DNA of 64,000 nt from the human T2T-CHM13v2.0 reference genome, Homo sapiens, in assembly GCF_009914755.1 (NCBI RefSeq), contig NC_060925.1; one strand, 5' to 3'. The notes under the pieces were generated by a model. The model saw nothing but the letters and a program-made list of their open reading frames with translations, was not told where the DNA came from and did not search any database. This document shows positions 51,230 through 64,000 of this stretch, in pieces. Each line of letters begins with the position of its first letter. Positions within the stretch are counted from its first letter, which is position 1. The translations under genes were made by a program, and so were the position numbers.

Positions 51230-51590
51230 CCTGCCAGACTGTCCTTGCTCTTATCTTGCTGGGAGGCTGACTTCTGCAGACTGACTCCCCAGGCTCCTTG
51301 CCATTTCACTTCTGATTGGCTTGGCTGATTGGAGACACTAGTAGGAGATGGGAGATGGCAGATGAAAGAGTTTAGGACATTTTTGCTCTGTTCTTCCGCT
51401 GTTCCAGCATCACTTCTCTCGCACTAGCTGTGTTCCCCATAAATACAACCCCCACCAAGCTACAGGATCATGATTTTCTTCCCTTCTTCCTTTAGTCCTG
51501 GGGTATTGATGCATTTCTTGTTGTTTCAAGTCTCTGCATGCCACATCATATCTTGTTTGATTTCTTTAATCTGCCTGCCTCTGCAAATAA
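51230..51590. mobile_element. Old ERVL LTR (LTR33-like), about 0.9 kb upstream of the CYP4B1 TSS
   Basis: GGGAGGCTGAC..CAGGCTCCTTGCC..CTTCTGATTGGCTTGGC..TAGTAGGAGATGGGAG. Confidence 0.4.
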
Positions 51591-52395
51591 CATACCCTCC
51601 CCAGGCAAGGCAGTGGTCTGAGCCAAACTTGTTCTTCCACAGAAGCCTGGGCTGTGGCACTGGGAGCTGCCAATTTCTTGCTGTGCAACTTTGGATATTT
51701 CCCTACCTCTCTTGAGCTTAAGTGGCTCCATCCAGCCAGGAGGGATTGAATTTGATGACCTCTCATCACCCTGAAAGTTCTATGTTCCTAAGTGTCAAAA
51801 TGGCACTATTGTTTTAGGGGTGGAGTTGGCCCCTTTCTGGCCTGGTATTTCCCTTTTGGGGCTAGAACCTTGTCTCTGAAGGTGCCTCACAAAAAAGAAC
51901 TCAAAGCATTGTGAGCCTAGCATAAATGCCAGCTCTCTTAAGGGTTCACATTGAAGGGGACACTGGAAGCTTTCTTGAGAGAAAGCATAGGCAAGCTGAG
52001 CCTCAGCTTCATTATCTGGGAAATGGGTATAAAATGTGAGTGCCTCTGACCTCCTTGCTGTTTGGGTTAAATGAGATAGTATGTAAAAAGTGCCTGAAAC
52101 ATTCACAGTGCTTGTATGAGAAGACAGTGGTTATTATGCTGATGATTACACCAAGAATTGCCATCTGTTTGTTCTAAGGAATCAAGGTGGGATACCCATT
52201 GACTGTTTTTTTTGGAGTCCACTATTAGGTTTCTCTTTAGCTGAATTTTGGGAGAAGGCCACTAGGCTCTCTCCTCTGTTGTTTGCAGTTTTGGAGGTTG
52301 CTGTCTCCGCCTTATGGCACTCAGCCCAGCCTTGGCTGCTGCTGGCTGCAGGGAGTGGCTAGGGCTGGACGCTGACAAGATGCATGGGTCCAGAG

Positions 52396-52401
52396 TATAA
52401 A
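52396..52401 (+). promoter_or_regulatory. CYP4B1: TATA box of the CYP4B1 core promoter
   Basis: TATAAA 65 nt upstream of the ATG, implying a TSS near 52425-52430. No CpG island, consistent with a tissue-restricted TATA promoter. Confidence 0.8.
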
Positions 52402-52442
52402 GGAACCCAGGAGCAGCTGAAGGCAGGTCATATGAAGGCTAG

Positions 52443-52922
<480 letters not shown>

Positions 52923-53297
52923 TAAAAGCTCAGCAATGACAGAAAGGCAATGGCAGAAATCCAAAACCTCTGGATAGTATATAGAAGTAGGCAATCCATT
53001 GAAAGCTCAATCAGCGTCCGTGTTGTTGTGTGTAGTGTAAAGATTTCCATTTGTAAGGCAGGAAATGAGAGTGAGCATGAAGATGAGTACCGCCACATGA
53101 CAGACCTCACCGAGTGTCTAAGCGGTTGGTGTCCCTAAAGGCAGGGCTCTCCCGGCCATGCCTATGGGTGGCTCAGGAGCCGTGACACCTTCCCAGGTTC
53201 AGATCATGGTTCGTCTTCCTGTTACTCCAGGGTGGGAACCACCTTAGCCCCTGCTCTCAGGAAGATCTCTTAGTTTCCTACTGTATTGGGGATCTAG

Positions 53298-53472
53298 ACC
53301 AGAGGTTTCTAATTAGACACAGGGCAGGGAATTGGAATCAACTGGGAGGAGCAAATTCCTGGACCTCCAGTCCCTGGAGATTCTAATTTGTCAGATTGGA
53401 ACTAGGAGTTTACATTTATAAACCTGTCCAAGTGTTAGTGTTTTGATCTGCAGCCAGCTTGGGGAATCCAGG
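53298..53472. mobile_element. MER5-like hAT relic
   Basis: CCAGAGGTTTCT..GGAATCAACTGGG..GATTCTAATT..GCAGCCAGCTTGGGGAATCCAGG. Confidence 0.55.
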
Positions 53473-53475
53473 TAG

Positions 53476-54072
<597 letters not shown>

Positions 54073-56074
54073 TGAACTCACTTTCCTCATTCTCAGTCTG
54101 GATGGGGGCACTGCTTCTCTTCCTTGATTGACACTAGAAAAGAGCTTGACCTCTAGGCTTATTCTTGCCCTGACAGATAACCCTGTAACATGCATCCTGA
54201 AGACATCCAGGAAAGGAAAGTGTGGGTCAGAGAGATGAATCAGACCCAGGCCTGGGGTTCAAAGAGCTTACGGTCTGAAGGGAAAACAGACACCAGAGCC
54301 TTGCTCCCAAGCTGGGCGAGGTTCCTCCCCAGGATTCTGCCTTAGCCCCATTATTTTGATCTCAGCACCTGTCCTGTTGGATTGAAGTCTTCTGTTTACC
54401 TATTCAACTTCTGCACTAGACTTTGGCTCCTGGAGGATGGAGATCTGATCTGATTCATCCCTGTACCCTCAGGGTCCAGCATAAAGCCTAGCATAGTGTA
54501 GGCATCACTAATGAACCAGTAGTGAATGTTGGAGGGTAGGGAGAGTATCCACAGAGGAGAAAGCATGAGGGAGAAGAAAAGCAAAGGGACCAGGAGGGCT
54601 TGGGAGAGGCTTTGCTAAGTACACAAGAGGGCCAAGGGAAGGTTGAGGTCTGACGCTAAAAGGGTACAAGAGGTATTTAGAGAGAACTTTCTCCCTTTCT
54701 TCTTGTTCCCTCTCCACTTCTACCTGCCTTCGTCAAAGTTGTGTTTGCCCTCAGCCAGGGACTTCTTTAGGACAGGGACCTTGCACCCCCACCTCCATGT
54801 CAGAGCTGGCTGTTTTCTTCCCCTTAACGGCCCCCACCCCCACCTTGAGAGTATGCAGAGGGCCTGGAACACAGTCTAGCTTTGGCTTCTTGGCTCTAAC
54901 ACAACTGTCTGAAGGGCCTTCTCTTGGCATCAGGTTGAGCAGACAAAGGCTGGAGGAGTGACTACTTGTGGGAGCTACAAAGGTTTCCTGGGGAACCATT
55001 GCAAGCACAACTCCTGCAGTCCTCAAGGGCTTGGCACCTCTGTTCTTGCCTGGATTCATACCTGAACTTGAGAAATGGGTTGGGCAGAGAGGGGATTATT
55101 TTCCCTAATGTAAAAATGAGGACATTGAAGTTCAGAGAGTGCAAAGTATTTGTCTATGTCTGTTTAGTAGCTCAGGAGTTAGGTCGAGACTGGGCCCAGG
55201 ACTTCTGCATTTTAATTCGTAATGTTGTCAGACCATAAAAGGTTACTGCAAAGTTGATTCTTAGGCCCAGCAATGATGGGAGTAGGAAGGGGAGGAAGAC
55301 TGATGGGTAAAGGGACTGGGGGCAGGGAAGAGCTGTCCGTCAGGATTAATTTCTCCTTCTTGGTCTCTGATTACAGTCTGGAGGCCTTGGTAGCATCTAC
55401 CTGTCATCCTCCTCAATTCTCAGAATGTGTCTTCTGGAGGTGGGGACATGTCCTATTCTTCCAGGGTCCCCCTCATTCCAGTCTAGGAACCAGGGAGGAC
55501 TTTGCACATAGTAGGTGCTCAGCTATATTGTTGGCCTGAGGTTGGAACCCTTGAAAGAAGCCAACAAATTGGTGTGTGTGGGTGTGTGTGTGTGTGTAGA
55601 ATGCCAGCTCCCAGATCAAGGAAATGAGATACTCTGAGACTGCAGAGGCCTCTTTCCCAGCCATGCCCTTTGCTGTGAGAGTGCCCTTGACCTTGTGCTG
55701 TGTAGTGAAGACAGGGCTGTGGCTCATTTTCATTCAGTAAACATTGATTACAGGCCTTCACTGTGCCCAGTTAGCTAAGCCACTTTACCTCTCTGTGCTT
55801 CTGTTTCCCTGTCAACAAAGTGGAGATAATCATTTTTACCTTACTGGGTTAGAAGGGGATAGAAAGAGATAAAGTATAGGTATTTTGCAAACTACTGGGC
55901 AGATAAACGTCAGGTGTTAAATCATCATAGAGGGATTCTTGCTACAAAACACCCTGGGGCATTTGCTTTCTTCATCCCCTTCCTTCTTCTCAAATCAACC
56001 CAGTCTTTGTGAACCAGATATGGTCCCTCTTTCCTAAGCAACCAGCAGTGTCTGATCAACAACTCTGGGTCTGG

Positions 56075-57900
56075 TCCTATGCTGAGGCCAGAGGATGAAG
56101 AATCAAGACAAAGAGCTTGCCTCAGAGGAACTAGGTCTGTAGGAGAGATGAATAACACAGCACATGTGTTACCAATCTTTGGGCCTAGAGAAGGGCCCCT
56201 CTCGGCGTGGGGAGTCAGGGAAGGTCCAGGGAGGTGATGCTGAGACACATTCTCAAAGATCTGGAGGTAGAAACCTGTGGCAGGAAGTGCAGAAGAAAAG
56301 GCAGAAGGTGCTATCTGTGCAAAAAGGCACACAGGCTGGAAAAAGCAGTGTGTTTAGGAAATTAAATTGTCTTTTGGGGTCTAGGACATACCTGTGTTAG
56401 TACCTCAGCGCTTCTGCAGTGGTGACAGGGAGGACAGAATGGAGAGGATGAGGCTGGAGGTAGACGGGGCAGTCACACAGATCCTTGAGGCCAGGTCAAA
56501 AGGCTTTACCTTATTTTGAGGACGATGGGGAATGATGGAAGGAATTTAAGCAAGGGAGAGACAAGCTCAGACTTATGTTTTAGAAAGATCACTTTGGCTT
56601 CAAGGTGGCGAACAGATTGACAGAGGGCAAATAGGAGGCAGGGAGGCTAGGGTGGAGGTGATCCAGGCCTCCACCTTGTGTTGGGGAGTGAGCCAGTGGG
56701 CTGGAGGAAAGTGGAAGGTAGGGCAGGCCAGGTCTTGGCATGGTAGCCACAGGAGAGAGAGGCGTTGAGACCTCCACCATAGCCAGATGTGAGGGTCAGT
56801 GAGGGCTCCTCCATGTAGCAGGAAAAGGAAACAAGGATTACCCTTGGAGCTCTGTTAATTGGAGGCATCAACACAGCTGGACTAGAGCAGAATCTAGCGA
56901 AAGTCATCAAAGGAGAGCCATAAGACTGGATTGTAAACAGGAGGAATGAATTTCTATGTCTCAATTTTAAAATGTGGGCATCTGAGACCCAGGAAGAGGA
57001 GGCTCAGTGGCGGGCAGCACCTGTCAGTGTCTGGGTATGGGATCCTCGAGTACTGGATTTGGAGAATTCCGTGGCAGAGTCTCCTCCCATGACCTGCTAC
57101 ATCTGGTTCTTTTTGCTCTGGTTTGCTGATTTCAATGTAAAAATCACTTGGTGGGCCTGCAGGGAGGAGGGGCTGCCTCCACAGGGCATCCCTCTTCATA
57201 TTGATATAAACCATGGAGAAAACGACATTCCATATTCCTGGCTAGTTTTTGGGTGGGTGATGGTACCATCCCCAGGTTCAGTAGGAGAGGCAGATTTTGG
57301 GGACAAAAGTGTACGAACATGTGTATGAGTGTGGGTTTGGAAATGCTGGGTCTGAAGAATCTGGAGGGTGTCATGCAGAGAGTTCCGGGGGTTGATTATG
57401 ATTCTGGACCTCAGGAGAAAGGTAAACTGGAAAGAGCTGTCAACTGAGAAATTGTTGGTAGGTAGATGGCACAGGAAACCACAGAAGCAGGTGAGAGCTT
57501 TCAGGGAGAAGACGCAAGGGAAGAGGCCAAGGACTGGATCTGGAGGAACAAAGAGTGGGTGAGGAGCTGCCCATGGCAGCCACTGGGAGAGAGGGGAGGA
57601 CATCCAGGAGACAGTGCATGAGAGACAGGGAGTCAACTGGGCTCAGCGCCAGGGAGGGTGCTGGATTCCTTAGCAAGATCAGCATAGGAGAGGTGGGGCC
57701 ATCACAAGGAATTGGAAACAGTGGGCACAGCTCTTTAGAGAAGTTAGATTATGAAGGGATGAGCAAATAAGGTGTTAGCTGGAGGAGGAAGCTGAACAAA
57801 GGGAGGTTTGGTTTCATTTTCTTTCTTTTTTTTTTTTTTAAAGTGAGAGACTTGAACAAATTTTGAATGAGGATGGGAAGGAGCCTGCAGAGAGGGTGAG
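56075..57900 (-). mobile_element. Long degenerate L2 (antisense)
   Basis: GGAATTTAAGCAAGGGAGAGAC..TTTTAGAAAGATCACTTTGGCT and other purine-rich antisense L2 text. Confidence 0.6.
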
Positions 57901-60900
57901 GTCTGTGATTTGGGAGAGAGGGGCTGATTGATGGGTGAGGTGCCTTGTGGGGAGGGTTGGAATCCAGATGGACTGGTCTTGGACAGGCCCTGCATGCTTC
58001 TCTCCTGAAACAGAGGGAAACAGAGAGGCTGGGTGCAGGTGGGGTGGTCCTTCAGGTCTGCCAGCTGACTTTTTGGGGTTTCTTATCTGATGGTTTCTAT
58101 TTTCTCTGGGAAGTACAGCAAGGGTGATCTGCCAGGAGTGAGGAGGGGAGAGGTAGAGAGGGCAGTTGAAATAAAAGTTTTTGAGAAGCAGATTGTGGCT
58201 GATGCCATGGGGCTTTCCAGAAGGCATTTCTGCTGATCTTTGCTGAAATGTCACCTTAGAGTGGCCTTCCTGACCCACCCCCATCCATAGTGGCAGCCCT
58301 GCCCCTTACTCTGCTTTTTTTCTTTCTGGAGTTATCACTACATGAAATTGTATTCTTGGTGTATTTGATTCTTTTTATTTTCTTTCTCCCCCCTTGGAAT
58401 GTATGCTGGTGGGGCAGGGCTTTGTCTTGCTCACCACTGTAACCAGAAACTAGCACTGTCCCTGGCACAATGCCCATGTGTTGGAAGAGTGGATGAATCT
58501 CTGGGGGGAACCAACTCTGGGCAGCAAAGCCACCCATGCGGACTGAGGACAGATGACTGCATCCCCTTGGACTCTTGGGCATTTCTTGGGTCCCTGCCTT
58601 CCTGCCTTTTTAGCTGTTTGGATGTTTTCCTGCATTCCTCCTCTCATCTGATTGGGTGCTCCTGAGTCTGGAGTTCACCTTTGGATGCTGAAGACAGGAG
58701 GGATGTTGGGGGCAGAGCACAGGCTTTGGAATCTAAAGACTGGGTCACGATGCTAGTTGTGTGACTTTGGGCAAAGCCCATCATCACTTCCTAGCCAAGG
58801 CATGGTGGCTAGAGAGTCCTGGTGACCACACTGATCTCACCCAAAGTCTCTTTGCTCCTTCTATTGAGCTAGGGGTTCTTTCTGTATGTTATCTGTTCAC
58901 ATGTACATGTGTAATGGTTTATTTGTCTTTGAAAGGGAGGATGGAGGATGAAGTCATGTTTGTCACCAGCATGGGAGGAAGTCACCTCTCTGCTCCCTGG
59001 GGTATTTTGCATTCGATCCCCTCTTTCCAGGCTCTCCATGGCTCTGTTCAACCTCACAGCTGAATCCCCAATGAGTTTTTGTACATTGAGTCTGCTTTTC
59101 CCACTGATTTTTATAGTTATTTCAGAGATGCTACATCTTCTCCCTTTTGGTTGTTTTTTTCTTGGCTTCTAGCTCTTTAGCTTTATTTAAAAGCTTGGCA
59201 GTGGCTTGGACTCATGCACACATGGAGCTCTGGTAATTTTGGGGTGTGGGGAGAGGACCCATAGTAGGGAGACAGCTGAGACTAGGGCACCAAAGGGCAC
59301 CTAAGGGTGTCCATCCTGAAGGAGAGCAGACCTAGGGGGTTCTAGCCCCCAATTCCCAATCCCTGCAGGACTTCCCTGGGCAGTGGGAGCCTGTGTGGTC
59401 CCAGAGGGAGACCCATGGGGAAGGCTATGGGCAGGTGTCTTTCACTTTAGCGACTAAGAAGCCTTTTGAGGAATTAAGACTGTCCAAAGATGGTTGGGGT
59501 ATTTTGAAAAGAAGTTTCCTGTCACTAGAGATGTTTGAGCACTTGGGCAGGGATTCTTACTGGGTGAAGGTGCTGGGCAGGCACCCTGTGTGCTGGGAAT
59601 CCGAGACCGACATGACCTGCCTTGAGGGAACTATGACATGCTGCCGAAAAGGAAACCCCTTCGTCTTTCTCCTCCCTCACCTTTTGTTTTTCGAAACTCT
59701 TATCCCCATTTTGTGAGCAGACTGATTTTCATTCTGAAGCAGCCCCCTGGGGCACTGTAGCTGCAGCACACTGGTCAAGGGTAGCTTGTTTCTTGGACAC
59801 TGGCCCACTGAGCTTCGGGTCAACTGGCTGATGGCTTGAGCAGGCTTGCTAACAAGGGCTGCAGAAAGAGACTAAGCCAGGATCCCTGGTCTCCCTTAAC
59901 TCATGCTGGACTGTTCCCTTTGGTCTTTGTACCGCACGTTTCCACCTTTAAAGAGAGGTCAGGGTTCCACTAGGCAATGTTGAAATCCTTTTCCGATCTG
60001 ATTCTTGGAGCAAAGCTTACTTTAGGCTCTTGAGAAGCAGAGAGGAAAGTGGTGACGTATGCTTGCTCTTCCCAATCCCTCCAGTGGTTTATTTCTGGTG
60101 AGGTCAACAAGGAGTGCCAATGTGAGGGTGGGAGGTGGGGCTGGGGAGCTGGGATCAGTGAATTATTTTCATACCCTGCTCTCTTCCTGTTTCCTTCCTT
60201 CTGGAGAAAAAACAAGCCGTCCCAGAACTTCCAGTCCTGTAAGTGTCCCAGCTCAGGCATTCTGAGGGCGAGTCTGAGGCATGCAGTTGTGTAATCCAGA
60301 GGAACTGTCCAGGCAGTCACGTGTACCCCACAGGGAGGATGCCTCAGCCCTCTTGAGGGGCTGCAGCTGCAATAGTGGGACCAGGTGCTGGGAGCTGTCC
60401 TCCTTCTTACCAGGCTCCCGGGGTAATCAAGGCAGGTGCCTGGCAGGTGCTTCTAGTTCTCTAGCTTTATTTAAAAGTTTGGCCATCGCTTGGGCTCATG
60501 CACATGTTTTTTATTTATCTTAGTTTTCTTTATTTCTTAAATAAATCTAAAGAGCTAGGAGAAAGCTGGGCACAGGGAGGCAGTGGCAAGCTGGCTGCGA
60601 CCTCGATCAGGGCACAGGTTGTGAATGTGGTCAGCATGAGACCAGGGTCTACTGTCCCTTGTGGGGTTGCTGCAGAGGTGCACAAGCATAGCTGATAAGG
60701 AGGGAAGTGGGGCTTGGATGAACCAGATCAGCCAAAGGCTCCTTCCAATCCTAAGATCCTATGAGTCTGGCTTTTTTGTGACTTAAGCCTTTCCTTGACC
60801 CATCCAATTGGGCTTTCTGGACCTGGTAGGGATGGAGAGAAGGGGAATGGCCAGGTGACCAGGAAGTTGGCAAGGAAAACCCAGGAGGGCAGATGGAAAA

Positions 60901-61319
60901 ATAAGACAGACACCAGGGAAAGGAGCACTTCCAGGGATACCAGCCAGGAGGGAGGCAGGCATACAAGAATGTTTCCCCTTGCCTGTGGGTGGAGATGATT
61001 TTTATCACTTTGTGTTCTTTTTGACATCGTGTACTCAAGGGCAGTGAAAACTCTTACAGCCCTGTTGGGTTGAACTCAGGATTCTGCGTTCAGAGGCAGT
61101 GAGGGAAGGGATCAATGGGATGATTACAGACGACTCCACAGAGGGCCTAGGAGGGGAAGAGCCCTAGAGAAGGCACAGACGGGTGGCTGGAGGCCAAAAT
61201 AGGCCCAATCCCATGAGCCCTTGGAGATAGTGGCTTGGGCCAGAAAGGATCCCTGGGGGCTACATTATCAGATGCCTGTGTCCTTCTTTAAGAATGTTCC
61301 CTGGAAGATACAACATGGA

Positions 61320-62772
<1,453 letters not shown>

Positions 62773-63459
62773 AGGTTTGGACATTTTTCCCTTCCTAATT
62801 TGTTTGGATACTATCAGTGAATAGGTGGCAATTGTGAGAGAGAATTTTACGGAGAGAAAAAGCAGGCCCAGCACAGGCTCAGGCCTCAACAGGAATTTTA
62901 TGGGACTGTAACCTAACCTCTCTATTCCTTAGGCTCCTCTTCCCTAAAATGGGACCACTTAGAGTTGTTGTGAGGATTCAATCAGGTCAAAATGTAAGGT
63001 GCTTAGAACAAGGTCTAGCACACAGCAAGTGCTTAATAAAGATTAGTCATTACCATGCCTCCCCACAAACTCCAGAGCTTGGACCTTTTCCAAGGCCCCT
63101 GGGCAGGCCACTAGGAGTGTTAAGTGTATCTTTGAAAGACTCCCACTAAATGGGGAAAAATAGTTAAATACATTATGGTACATCCTTATAGTGAAATACT
63201 ACACAACTGTTAAAAATAGTAATGACAGTTAAGTGCACTAGCTTGGAAAGGAGGACAAGTTATGTTCAATGAAAAATGGCTGGTTTTGCAAAAATATTTA
63301 TTGTATAACTTCATTTACTTAAAACACCTCTGGGTGAGTAAACGTGACTAGAAAAACCTCCAAAGGACATGTACCACCCTCTGGATGACCTATTCAAGCT
63401 CATCCCAGGTGACTGTCCCACCATGGGGCAGCTCCTGGAAGACACCATGATCTTTCCCA

Positions 63460-63803
63460 ACCCAGCGCGTTTGTGCTTTCTGTTTTCTCACCCGGAATGC
63501 TTTTCCTTTATGCTTCACATGGCCAGAGACTCACCATCCTTCAAGTTTCACCTTAAATGTTGTCTCCAACAAGAAGCCTTCCAAGATTACCCTATCTAAG
63601 CAGGCCCTCCCTGTTAGTGTCTCTCATAGCACTGTTTTTATTCTGAGCACTCACTATTGTCTGTGATTATTTTACTTAATTGTCTACTTGTCTATTATCT
63701 GTCTTCTCCATAGAATGAAAGGGCAGAACTTGTCTGTCTCATTCCCCTGAGATGTCTAGAACAGAGCCCTGCACATGTAGGCCCTCAATAAAAATGTGTT
63801 GAA
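63460..63803 (+). mobile_element. L2 3' end
   Basis: TCCTTCAAG..AAATGT..GAAGCCTTCC..AGGGCAG..GCACATGTAGGCCCTCAATAAAAATGTGTTGAA. Confidence 0.7.
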
Positions 63804-64000
63804 CGATACGGCAGGGGTGGAATTGAGGCCATTTCTCTATTGCACAATGAGCAAATATTACCTATCTTTATAATTAAAGAGCTTTAATGTGGAGAAGAAA
63901 GCACTTTCTGGCTGCAGTGCAGTAGAGAGTTGGTGGCAGGTGCTAAATGGAAGCAGGTTGGCTACTTTGGGGATGTTGAGCTAACCCCGGTGTGAGAAGA

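Overview
Human genomic DNA: a perfect AluYb8 is present and the one recognisable coding exon matches human CYP4B1. About 52 kb of transposon-dense sequence lies upstream of the TATA promoter and first coding exon of CYP4B1 (+ strand, ATG 52461, donor 52641). The remaining ~11 kb is intron 1; exon 2 is not in the window. Every other long ORF in the track is a LINE-1, Alu or LTR fragment or low-complexity read-through. The most unusual structure is an ~18.7 kb fold-back (24426-43119) made of two MER4A1-type proviral 5' halves in inverted orientation. They meet at a junction carrying a 35-bp tandem duplication and were later filled with nested insertions (L1PB1, LTR12C, LTR5, Alus, a 611-nt pure-AT minisatellite). 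Other notable items are two twin-primed (5'-inverted) L1s, one with a likely short 3' transduction; a 106-nt pre-miRNA-like hairpin; a potential LTR12C-to-L1 ORF2 chimeric transcription unit; and a direct-plus-inverted repeat trio in intron 1. I found no evidence of a new protein-coding system. Repeat subfamily names come from recalled consensus sequences, not a database search, and boundaries of old repeats are approximate.
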